Below, piece by piece: positions 21,501 through 34,600 of a DNA stretch of 57,359 nt (the first letter of the stretch is position 1; each line of letters opens with the position of its first letter). The position numbers were made by a program, and so were the translations under genes. Below the pieces are notes generated by a model, which made no database searches, had not been told where the DNA came from, and saw only the letters and a program-made list of their open reading frames with translations. Source of the DNA: Utricularia gibba. Its lineage: Eukaryota; Plantae; Magnoliophyta. Location: assembly GCA_002189035.1 (NCBI GenBank), contig NEEC01000192.1, positions 1-57,359 of the forward strand, given 5' to 3'.

Positions 21501-24500
21501 GATATGGCCGAAATACCGAACGTGTGCGAGGCCACCATGAGGCTGGGTAGGACACACCAGAGCTTGTTCAGAGATCGCCTCGAAAACCCATACTTCACGT
21601 CATCCAATAAAACGCAGATGTTTTGCAAGCGAAAATCACAATCGCGTCGATTCTCGTTTCCGAGTCGCATCGTCGCGAACGTGGTGGCCAATTTGTGGCA
21701 CATCTGAAGGCTAAGATAAGGCGATAATTCGAGCTTTGATGCATCCTCGGACGAAGAAGCTTTCAACACGGAAGCTGACCGGCACGGAAAGGGGTTCGAA
21801 ACGGTATGCCGGCGCAGCATGACTCATCACGGTTTTCAGGATATGGCCGAAATACCGAAACGGTGTGCGAGGCCACCATGAGGCTGCGTAGGGACACACC
21901 CAGAGCTTGTTCAGAGATCGCCTCGAAAACCCATACTTCACGTCATCCAATAAAACGCAGATGTTTTGCAAGGCGAAAATCACAATCGCGTCGATTCTCG
22001 TGTTCCGAGTCGCATCGTCGCGAACGTGGTGGCCAATTTGTGGCACATCTGAAGGCTAAGATAAGGCGATAATTCGAGCTTTGATGCATCCTCGGACGAA
22101 GAAGCTTTCAACACGGAAGCTGACCGGCACGGAAAGGGGTTCGAAACGGTATGCCGGGCGCAGCATGACTCATCACGGTTTTCAGGATATGGCCGAAATA
22201 CGAACGGTGTGCGAGGCCACCATGAGGCTGCGTAGGACACACCCAGAGCTTGTTCAGAGATCGCCTCGAAAACCCATACTTCACGTCATCCAATAAAACG
22301 CAGATGTTTCGAAAATCACAATCGCGTCGATTTCTCGTTCCGAGTCGCATCGTCGCGAACGTGGTGGCCAATTTGTGGCACATCTGAAGGCTAAGATAAG
22401 GCGATAATTCGAGCTTTGATGCATCCTCGGACGAAGAAGCTTTCAACACGGAAGCTGACCGGCACGGAAAGGGGTTCGAAACGGTATGCCGGCGCAGCAT
22501 GACTCATCACGGTTTTCAGGATATGGCCGAAATACCGAACGGTGTGCGAGGCCACCATGAGGCTGCACGTAGGGACACACCCAGAGCTTGTTCAGAGATC
22601 GCCTCGAAAACCCATACTTCACGTCATCCAATAAAACGCAGATGTTTTGCAAGGCGAAAATCACAATCGCGTCGATTCTCGTGTTCCGAGTCGCATCGTC
22701 GCGAACGTGGTGGCCAATTTGTGGCACATCTGAAGGCTAAGATAAGCGATAATTCGAGCTTTGATGCATCCTCGGACGAAGAAGCTTTCAACACGGAAGC
22801 TGACCGGCACGGAAAGGGGTTCGAAACGGTATGCCGGGCGCAGCTTGACTCATCACGGTTTTCAGGATATGGCCGAATACCGAACGGTGTGCGAGGCCAC
22901 CATGAGGCTGCAGTAGGGACACACCCAGAGCTTGTTCAGAGATCGCCTCGAAAACCCATACTTCACGTCATCCAATAAAACGCAGATGTTTTGCAAGAAA
23001 ATCACAATCGCGTCGATTCTCGTGTTCCGAGTCGCATCGTCGCGAACGTGGTGGCCAATTTGTGGCACATCTGAAGGCTAAGATAAGGCGATAATTCGAG
23101 CTTTGATGCATCCTCGGACGAAGAAGCTTTCAACACGGAAGCTGACCGGCACGGAAAGGGGTTCGAAACGGTATGCCGGGCGCAGCATGACTCATCACGG
23201 TTTTCAGGATATGGCCGAAATACCGAACGGTGTGCGAGGCCACCATGAGGCTGCGGTAGGACACACCAGAGCTTGTTCAGAGATCGCCTCGAAAACCCAT
23301 ACTTCACGTCATCCAATAAAACGCAGATGTTGCAAACGAAAATCACAATCGCGTCGATTCTCGTTTTCCGAGTCGCATCGTCGAACGTGGTGGCCAATTT
23401 GTGGCACATCTGAAGGCTAAGATAAGGCGATAATTCGAGCTTTGATGATCCTCGGATTCTGACGGCACGGAAAGGGTTCGAAACGGTATGCGGGCGCAGC
23501 ATGACTCATCACGGTTTCAGGATATGGCCGAAATACCGAACGGTGTGCGAGGCCACCATGAGGCTGCAGTAGGACACACCCAGAGCTTGTTCAGAGATCG
23601 CCTCGAAAACCCATACTTCACGTCATCCAATAAAACGCAATGTTTTGCAAGCGAAAATCACAATCGCGTCGATTCTCGTGTTCCGAGTCGCATCGTCGCG
23701 AACGTGGTGGCCAATTTGTGGCACATCTAAAGGCTAAATAAGGCGATAATTCGAGCTTGATGCATCCTCGGACGAAGAAGCTTTCAACACGGAAGCTGAC
23801 CGGCACGGAAAGGGGTTCGAAACGGTATGCCGGGCGCAGCATGACTCATCACGGTTTTCAGGATATGGCCGAAATACCGAACGGTGTGCGAGGCCACCAT
23901 GAGGCTGCAGTAGGGACACACCCAGAGCTTGTTCAGAGATCGCCTCGAAAACCCATACTTCACGTCATCCAATAAAACGCAGATGTTTGCAACCGAAAAT
24001 CACAATCGCGTCGATTCTCGTTCCGAGTCGCATCGTCGCGAACGTGGTGGCCAATTTGTGGCACATCTGAAGGCTAAGATAAGGCGATAATTCGAGCTTT
24101 GATGCATCCTCGGACGAAGAAGCTTTCAACACGGAAGCTGACCGGCACGGAAAGGGGTTCGAAACGGTATGCCGGGCGCAGCATGACTCATCACGGTTTT
24201 CAGGATATGGCCGAAATACCGAACGGTGTGCGAGGCCACGAGGCTGCAGTAGGCACACCCAGAGCTTGTTCAGAGATCGCCTCGAAAACCCATACTTCAC
24301 GTCACCCAATAAAACGCAATGTTTGCAAGCGAAAATCACAATCGGTCGATTCTCGTTTCCGAGTCGCATCGTCGCGAACGTGGCCAATTTGTGGCACATC
24401 TGAAGGCTAAGATAAGGCGATAATTCGAGCTTTGATGCATCTCGGACGAAGAAGCTTTCAACACGGAAGCTGACCGGCACGGAAAGGGGTTCGAAACGGT

Positions 24501-27500
24501 ATGCCGGGCGCAGCATGACTCATCACGGTTTTCAGGATATGGCCGAAATACCGAACGGTGTGCGAGGCCACCATGAGGCTGCAGGTAGGGACACACCAGA
24601 GCTTGTTCAGAGATCGACCCATACACGTCATCCAGAGTTTTGCTTGGGTTCAGTCGCAGTCGCGATCCAATTTGTGGCACATCTGAAGGCTAAGATAAGG
24701 CGATAATTCGAGCTTGATGCATCCTCGGACGAAGAAGCTTTCAACACGGAAGCTGACCGGCACGGAAAGGGGTTCGAAACGGTATGCCGGCGCAGCATGA
24801 CTCATCACGGTTTTCAGGATATGGCCGAAATACCGAACGGTGTGCGAGGCCACCATGAGGCTGCAGGTAGGGACACACCCAGAGCTTGTTCAGAGATCGC
24901 CTCGAAAACCCATACTTCACGTCATCCAATAAAACGCAGATGTTTGCAAGCGAAAATCACAATCGCGTCGATTCTCGTGTTCCGAGTCGCATCGTCGCGA
25001 ACGTGGTGGCCAATTTGTGGCACATCTGAAGGCTAAGATAAGGCGATAATTCGAGCTTGATGCATCCTCGGACGAAGAAGCTTTCAACACGGAAGCTGAC
25101 CGGCACGGAAAGGGGTTCGAAACGGTATGCCGGGCGCAGCATGACTCATCACGGTTTCAGGATATGGCCGAAATACCGAACGGTGTGCGAGGCCACCATG
25201 AGGCTGCAGTAGGGACACACCCAGAGCTTGTTCAGAGATCGCCTCGAAAACCCATACTTCACGTCATCCAATAAAACGCACATGTTTCGAAAATCACAAT
25301 CGCGTCGATTCTCGTGTTCCGAGTCGCATCGTCGTGAACGTGTGGCCAATTTGTGGCACATCTGAAGGCTAAGATAAGGCGATAATTCGAGCTGATGCAT
25401 CCTCGGACGAAGAAGCTTTCAACACGGAAGCTGACCGGCACGGAAAGGGGTTCGAAACGGTATGCCGGCGCAGCATGACTCATCACGGTTTTCAGGATAT
25501 GGCCGAAATACCGAACGTGCGAGGCCACCATGAGGCTGCAGTAGGGACACACCCAGAGCTTTTCAGAGATCGCCTCGAAAACCCATACTTCACGTCATCC
25601 AATAAAACGCAGATGTTTGCAAGGCGAAAATCACAATCGCGTCGATTCTCGTGTTCCGAGTCGCATCGTCGCGAACGTGGTGGCAATTTGTGGCACATCT
25701 GAAGGCTAAGATAAGGCGATAATTCGAGCTTTGATGCATCCTCGGACGAAGAAGCTTTCAACACGGAAGCTGACCGGCACGGAAAGGGGTTCGAAACGGT
25801 ATGCCGGGCGCAGCATGACTCATCACGGTTTTCAGGATATGGCCGAAATACCGAACGGTGTGCGAGGCCACCATGAGGCTGCGGGTAGGGACACACCCAG
25901 AGCTTGTTCAGAGATCGCCTCGAAAACCCATACTTCACGTCACCCAATAAAACGCAGATGTTTTGCAACCGAAAATCACAATCGCGTCGATTCTCGTTTT
26001 CCGAGTCGCATCGTCGCGAACGTGGTGGCCAATTTGTGGCACATCTGAAGGCTAAGATAAGGCGATAATTCGAGCTTTGATGCATCCTCGGACGAAGAAG
26101 CTTTCAACACGGAAGCTGACCGGCACGGAAAGGGGTTCGAAACGGTATGCCGGGCGCAGCATGACTCATCACGGTTTTCAGGATATGGCCGAAATACCGA
26201 ACGGTGTGCGAGGCCACCATGAGGCTGCGGTAGGGACACACCCAGAGCTTGTTCAGAGATCGCCTCGAAAACCCATACTTCACGTCACCAATAAAACGCA
26301 GATGTTTTGCTCACAATCGCGTCGATTCAGTCGCATCGTCGCGAACGTGGTGGCCAATTTGTGGCACATCTGAAGGCTAAGATAAGGCGATAATTCGAGC
26401 TTTGATGCATCCTCGGACGAGAAGCTTCAACACGGAAGCTGACCGGCACGGAAAGGGTTCGAAACGGTATGCCGGGCGCAGCTGACTCATCACGGTTTCA
26501 GGATATGGCCGAAATACCGAACGGTGTGCGAGGCCACCATGAGGCTTAGGGACACACCCAGAGCTTGTTCAGAGATCGCCTCGAAAACCCATACTTCACG
26601 TCATCCAATAAAACGCAGATGTTTTGCAAGGCGAAAATCACAATCTCGATTCTCGTTTCCGAGTCGCATCGTCGCGAACGTGGTGGCCAATTTGTGGCAC
26701 ATCTGAAGGCTAAGATAAGGCGATAATTCGAGCTTGATTCGGACGAAGAAGCTTTCAACACGAAGCTGACCGGCACGGAAAGGGGTTCGAAACGGTATGC
26801 CGGCGCAGCATGACTCATCACGGTTTTCAGGATATGGCCGAAATACCGAACGGTGTGCGAGGCCACCATGAGGCTGCAGTAGGGACACACCCAGAGCTTG
26901 TTCAGAGATCGCCTCGAAAACCCATACTTCACGTCATCCAATAAAACGCAGATGTTTTGCAAGGCGAAAATCACAATCGGTCGATTCTCGTTTCCGAGTC
27001 GCATCGTCGCGAACGTGGTGGCCAATTTGTGGCACATCTGAAGGCTAAGATAAGGCGATAATTCGAGCTTTGATGCATCCTCGGACGAAGAAGCTTTCAA
27101 CACGGAAGCTGACCGGCACGGAAAGGGGTTCGAAACGGTATGCCGGGCGCAGCATGACTCATCACGGTTTTCAGGATATGGCCGAAATACCGAACGGTGT
27201 GCGAGGCCACCATGAGGCTGCAGTAGGGACACACCCAGAGCTTGTTCAGAGATCGCCTCGAAAACCCATACTTCACGTCATCCAATAAAACGCAGATGTT
27301 TTGCAAGCGAAAATCACAATCGCGTCGATTCTCGTGTTCCGAGTCGCATCGTCGCGAACGTGGTGGCCAATTTGTGGCACATCTGAAGGCTAAGATAAGG
27401 CGATAATTCGAGCTTGATGCATCCTCGGACGAAGAAGCTTTCAACACGGAAGCTGACCGGCACGGAAAGGGGTTCGAAACGGTATGCCGGGCGCAGCATG

Positions 27501-28539
27501 ACTCATCACGGTTTTCAGGATATGGCCGAAATACCGAACGGTGTGCGAGGCCACCATGAGGCTGCGGTAGGACACACCAGAGCTTGTTCAGAGATCGCTC
27601 GAAAACCCATACTTCACGTCACCCAATAAAACGCAGATGTTTGCAACCGAAAATCACAATCGCGTCGATTCTCGTGTTCCGAGTCGCATCGTCGCGAACG
27701 TGGTGGCCAATTTGTGGCACATCTGAAGGCTAAGATAAGGCGATAATTCGAGCTTGATGCATCCTCGGACGAAGAAGCTTTCAACACGGAAGCTGACCGG
27801 CACGGAAAGGGGTTCGAAACGGTATGCCGGGCGCAGCATGACTCATCACGGTTTTCAGGATATGGCCGAAATACCGAACGGTGTGCGAGGCCACCATGAG
27901 GCTGCGGTAGGGACACACCCAGAGCTTGTTCAGAGATCGCCTCGAAAACCCATACTTCACGTCATCCAATAAAACGCAGATGTTTTGCAAGCCGAAAATC
28001 ACAATCGCGTCGATTCTCGTGTTCCGAGTCGCATCGTCGCGAACGTGGTGGCCAATTTGTGGCACATCTGAAGGCTAAGATAAGGCGATAATTCGAGCTG
28101 ATGCATCCTCGGACGAAGAAGCTTTCAACACGGAAGCTGACCGGCACGGAAAGGGGTTCGAAACGGTATGCCGGGCGCAGCATGACTCATCACGGTTTTC
28201 AGGATATGGCCGAAATACCGAACGGTGTGCGAGGCCACCATGAGGCTGCAGTAGGGACACACCCAGAGCTTGTTCAGAGATCGCCTCGAAAACCCATACT
28301 TCACGTCATCCAATAAAACGCAGATGTTTTGCAACGAAAATCACAATCGCGTCGATTCTCGTTCCGAGTCGCATCGTCGCGAACGTGGTGGCCATTTGTG
28401 GCACATCTGAAGGCTAAGATAAGGCGATAATTCGAGCTTTGATGCATCCTCGGACGAAGAAGCTTTCAACACGGAAGCTGACCGGCACGGAAAGGGGTTC
28501 GAAACGGTATGCCGGGCGCAGCATGACTCATCACGGTTT

Positions 28540-31500
28540 CAGGATATGGCTGTGCGAGGCCACCATGAGGCTGCGTAGGGACACACCAGAGCTTGTTCAG
28601 AGATCGCCTCGAAAACCCATACTTCACGTCATCCAATAAAACGCAGATGTTTGCAAGGCGAACGGTGTGCGAGCTAAGATAAGGCGATAATTCGAGCTTT
28701 GATGCATCCTCGGACGAAGAAGCTTTCAACACGGAAGCTGACCGGTAGGGTGACGCATCTTGTTGAGGCAGGGAGATTGTGCCTCGAAAACCCATACTTC
28801 ACGTCATCCAATAAAACGCAGATGTTTTGCAAGCCGAAAATCACAATCGCGTCGATTCTCGTGTTCCGAGTCGCATCGTCGCGAACGTGGTGGCCAATTT
28901 GTGGCACATCTGAAGGCTAAGATAAGGCGATAATTCGAGCTTTGATGCATCCTCGGACGAAGAAGCTTTCAACACGGAAGCTGACCGGCACGGAAAGGGG
29001 TTCGAAACGGTATGCCGGGCGCAGCATGACTCATCACGGTTTTCAGGATATGGCCGAAATACCGAACGGTGTGCGAGGCCACCATGAGGCTGCGGTAGGA
29101 ACCCCAGAGCTTGTTCAGAGATCGCCTCGAAAACCCATACTTCACGGCAGATGTTTTGCAAGGCGAAAATCACAATCGCGTCGATTCTCGTTTCCGAGTC
29201 GCATCGTCGCGAACGTGGTGGCCAATTTGTGGCACATCTGAAGGCTAAGATAAGGCGATAATTCGAGCTTTGATGCATCCTCGGACGAAGAAGCTTTCAA
29301 CACGGAAGCTGACCGGCACGGAAAGGGGTTCGAAACGGTATGCCGGGCGCAGCTGACTCATCACGGTTTTCAGGATATGGCCGAAATACCGAACGGTGTG
29401 CGAGGCCACCATGAGGCTGCAGTAGGGACACACCCAGAGCTTGTTCAGAGATCGCCTCGAAAACCCATACTTCACGTCATCCAATAAAACGCAGATGTTT
29501 TGCAAGGCGAAAATCACAATCGGGTCGATTCTCGTGTTCCGAGTCGCATCGTCGCGAACGTGGTGGCCAATTTGTGGCACATCTGAAGGCTAAGATAAGG
29601 CGATAATTCGAGCTTTGATGCATCCTCGGACGAAGAAGCTTTCAACACGGAAGCTGACCGGCACGGAAAGGGTCCGAGTGACGGTATCCGGCGCGAACGC
29701 ATTGACTCATCACGGTTTTCGCTATAGATAACGAAATAATTCGAACGCTTGATGCATCCTCGGACGAAGAAGCTTTCAACACGGAAGCTGACCGGCACGG
29801 AAAGGGGCGGGTAGGTACCGGGCGAGAGCTTGTTCAGAGATCGCCTCGAAAACCCATACTTCACGTCACCAATAAAACGCAGATGTTTCAAGGCCGAAAA
29901 TCACAATCGGTCGATTCTCGTTTCCGAGTCGCATCGTCGCGAACGTGGTGGCCAATTGTGGCACATCTGAAGGCTAAGATAAGGCGATAATTCGAGCTTT
30001 GCGGACGAAGCCACCATGACCGGCTTCGCAGTGAGGGGACCGAAATACCGAACGGTGTGCGAGGCCACCATGAGGCTGCAGTAGGGACACACCCAGAGCT
30101 TGTTCAGAGATCGCCTCGAAAACCCATACTTCACGTCCCAATAAAACGCAATAAAAAATCACAATCGCAGTTTCCGAGTGCATTCGAACGTGGTGCCAAG
30201 GCGAAAAGATCGATAATTCGAATCATCCTCGGACGAAGAAGCTTTCAACACGGAAGCTGACCGGCACGGAAAGGGGTTCGAAACGGTATGCCGGGCGCAG
30301 CATGACTCATCACGGTTTTCAGGATATGGCCGAAATACCGAACGGTGTGCGAGGCCACCATGAGGCTGCAGTAGGGACACACCCAGAGCTTGTTCAGAGA
30401 TCGCCTCGAAAACCCATACTTCACGTCATCCAATAAAACGCAGATGTTTGCAAGGCATCACAATCGAAGGCATAACGTGGTGGCCATAAGAAGGCGATAA
30501 GGCGATAATTCGAGCTTTGATGCATCCTCGGACGAAGAAGCTTTCAACACGGAAGCTGACCGGCACGGAAAGGGGTTCGAAACGGTATGCCGGGCGCAGC
30601 ATGACTCATCACGGTTTTCAGGATATGGCCGAAATACGGTGTGCGAGGCCACCATGAGGCTGCAGTAGGGACACACCCAGAGCTTGTTCAGAGATCGCCT
30701 CGAAAACCCATACTTCACGTCATCCAATAAAACGCAGATGTTTTGCAAGGAAAATCACAATCGCGTCGATTCTCGTTTCCGAGTCGCATCGTCGCGAACG
30801 TGGTGGCCAATTTGTGGCACATCCTAAGAGGCGATAATTCGTTCAGACGATTTCGCCTCGAAAATGCCGGCGCATGACTTCACGGTTTTCAGGATATGGC
30901 CGAAATACCGAACGGTGTGCGAGGCCACCATGAGGCTGCACATGTTTTCGAAAACATAGCCGAATGTTTTGCAAGGCGAAAATCACAATCGCGTCGATTC
31001 TCGTTTCCGAGTCCATCGTCGCGAGTCGCATCTGTCGATAATTCGAATGCATCCTCGTGGAAGCTGGGCACGGAAAGGGGTTCGAAACGGTATGCCGGGC
31101 GCAGCTGGCAGGATATGGCCGAAATACTGAGGCCACCATGGGCTAAGGGATAGAGGCCTCGAAAACCCATACTTCACGTCATCCAATAAAACGCAGATGT
31201 TTTGCAAGGCGAAAATCACAATCGCGTCGATTCTCGTTTTCCGAGTCGCATCGTCGCGAACGTGGTGGCCAATTTGTGGCACATCTGAAGGCTAAGATAA
31301 GGCGATAATTCGAGCTTTGATGCATCCTCGGACGAAGAAGCTTTCAACACGGAAGCTGACCGGCACGGAAAGGGGTTCGAAACGGTATGCCGGCGCAGCT
31401 GACTCATCACGGTTTTCAGGATATGGCCGAAATACCGAACGGTGTGCGAGGCCACCATGAGGCTGCGGTAGGACACACCCAGAGCTTGTTCAGAGATCGC

Positions 31501-31600
31501 CTCGAAAACCCATACTTCACGTCACCAATAAAACGCAGATGTTTTGCAAGGCGAAAATCACCGAAGTCGGTGTGGTGGCGAGGGCCGATAATTCCTTTGA
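28540..31600. other. Scrambled or truncated monomers (probable low-quality consensus segment)
   Basis: About 13 unit starts fall within ~3.5 kb (28,439-31,937). There are internal jumps between monomer positions and interleaved blends of two monomer segments, e.g. GCTATAGATAACGAAATAATTCGAACGCTT at 29,721-29,750. Confidence 0.7.
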
Positions 31601-34600
31601 TGCATCCTCGGACGAAGAAGCTTTCAACACGGAAGCTGACCGGCACGGAAAGGGTTCGAAACGGTATGCCGGGCGCAGCATGACTCATCACGGTTTTCAG
31701 GATATGGCCGAAATACCGAACGGTGTGCGAGGCCACCATGAGGCTGCAGTAGGACACACCAGAGCTTGTTCAGAGATCGCCTCGAAAACCCATACTTCAC
31801 GTCATCCAATAAAACGCAGATGTTTTGCAAGGCGAAAATCACAATCGGTCGATTCTCGTGTTCCGAGTCGCATCGTCGCGAACGTGGTGGCCAATTTGGC
31901 ACATCTGAAGGCTAAGATAAGGCGATAATTCGAGCTTTGATGCATCCTCGGACGAAGAAGCTTTCAACACGGAAGCTGACCGGCACGGAAAGGGGTTCGA
32001 AACGGTATGCCGGGCGCAGCATGACTCATCACGGTTTTCAGGATATGGCCGAAATACCGAACGGTGTGCGAGGCCACCATGAGGCTGCAGTAGGACACAC
32101 CCAGAGCTTGTTCAGAGATCGCCTCGAAAACCCATACTTCACATCACCAATAAAACGCACATGTTTGCAACCGAAAATCACAATCGGTCGATTCTCGTTT
32201 CCGAGTCGCATCGTCGCGAACGTGTGGCCAATTTGTGGCACATCTGAAGGCTAAGATAAGGCGATAATTCGAGCTTTGATGCATCCTCGGACGAAGAAGC
32301 TTTCAACAATGACCGGCACGGAAAGGGTTCGAAACGGTATGCCGGCGCAGCATGACTCATCACGGTTTTCAGGATATGGCCGAAATACCGAACGGTGTGC
32401 GAGGCCACCATGAGGCTGCAGTAGGGACACACCCAGAGCTTGTTCAGAGATCGCCTCGAAAACCCATACTTCACGTCATCCAATAAAACGCAGATGTTTT
32501 GCAAGGCGAAAATCACAATCGGTCGATTCTCGTGTTCCGAGTCGCATCGTCGCGAACGTGGCCAATTTGTGGCACATCTAAGGCTAAGATAAGGCGATAA
32601 TTCGAGCTTTGATGCATCCTCGGACGAAGAAGCTTTCAACACGGAAGCTGACCGGCACGGAAAGGGGTTCGAAACGGTATGCCGGGCGCAGCATGACTCA
32701 TCACGTTTTCAGGATATGGCCGAAATACCGAACGGTGTGCGAGGCCACCATGAGGCTGGTAGGGACACACCCAGAGCTTGTTCAGAGATCGCCTCGAAAA
32801 CCCATACTTCACGTCATCCAATAAAACGCAGATGTTTTCCGAAAATCACAATCGGGTCGATTCTCGTTTTCCGAGTCGCATCGTCGCGAACGTGGTGGCC
32901 AATTTGTGGCACATCTGAAGGCTAAGATAAGGCGATAATTCGAGCTTTGATGCATCCTCGGACGAAGAAGCTTTCAACACGGAAGCTGACCGGCACGGAA
33001 AGGGGTTCGAAACGGTATGCCGGGCGCAGCATGACTCATCACTTTTCAGGATATGGCCGAAATACCGAACGTGTGCGAGGCCACCATGAGGCTGCAGTAG
33101 GGACACACCCAGAGCTTGTTCAGAGATCGCCTCGAAAACCCATACTTCACGTCATCCAATAAAACGCAGATGTTTTGCAAGGCGAAAATCACAATCGCGT
33201 CGATTCTCGTGTTCCGAGTCGCATCGTCGCGAACGTGTGGCAATTTGTGGCACATCTGAAGGCTAAGATAAGGCGATAATTCGAGCTTGATGCATCCTCG
33301 GACGAAGAAGCTTTCAACACGGAAGCTGACCGGCACGGAAAGGGGTTCGAAACGGTATGCCGGGCGCAGCATGACTCATCACGGTTTTCAGGATATGGCC
33401 GAAATACCGAACGGTGTGCGAGGCCACCATGAGGCTGCAGTAGGGACACACCCAGAGCTTGTTCAGAGATCGCCTCGAAAACCCATACTTCACGTCATCC
33501 AATAAAACGCAGATGTTTTGCAAGCGAAAATCACAATCGGTCGATTCTCGTGTTCCGAGTCGCATCGTCGCGAACGTGGTGGCCAATTTGTGGCACATCT
33601 AAAGGCTAAGATAAGGCGATAATTCGAGCTTTGATGCATCCTCGGACGAAGAAGCTTTCAACACGGAAGCTGACCGGCACGGAAAGGGGTTCGAAACGGT
33701 ATGCCGGGCGCAGCATGACTCATCACGGTTTTCAGGATATGGCCGAAATACCGAACGGTGTGCGAGGCCACCATGAGGCTGCGGTAGGGACACACCCAGA
33801 GCTTGTTCAGAGATCGCCTCGAAAACCCATACTTCACGTCATCCAATAAAACGCAGATGTTTTGCAAGGCGAAAATCACAATCGCGTCGATTCTCGTGTT
33901 CCGAGTCGCATCGTCGCGAACGTGGTGGCCAATTTGTGGCACATCTGAAGGCTAAGATAAGGCGATAATTCGAGCTTTGATGCATCCTCGGACGAAGAAG
34001 CTTTCAACACGGAAGCTGACCGGCACGGAAAGGGTTCGAAACGGTATGCCGGGCGCAGCATGACTCATCACGGTTTTCAGGATATGCCGAAATACCGAAC
34101 GGTGTGCGAGGCCACCATGAGGCTGCAGTAGGGACACACCCAGAGCTTGTTCAGAGATCGCCTCGAAAACCCATACTTCACGTCATCCAATAAAACGCAG
34201 ATGTTTTGCAAGGCGAAAATCACAATCGCGTCGATTCTCGTGTTCCGAGTCGCATCGTCGCGAACGTGGTGGCCAATTTGTGGCACATCTGAAGGCTAAG
34301 ATAAGGCGATAATTCGAGCTTTGATGCATCCTCGGACGAAGAAGCTTTCAACACGGAAGCTGACCGGCACGGAAAGGGGTTCGAAACGGTATGCCGGGCG
34401 CAGCATGACTCATCACGGTTTTCAGGATATGGCCGAAATACCGAACGGTGTGCGAGGCCACCATGAGGCTGCGGGTAGGACACACCAGAGCTTGTTCAGA
34501 GATCGCCTCGAAAACCCATACTTCACGTCACCCAATAAAACGCAGATGTTTTGCAACCCGAAAATCACAATCGGTCGATTCTCGTGTTCCGAGTCGCATC

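Noticed and set aside
28400-29000. Fold-back (template-complement) junction at the window midpoint
   Set aside because: Monomer orientation is unchanged on both sides of the scrambled block.
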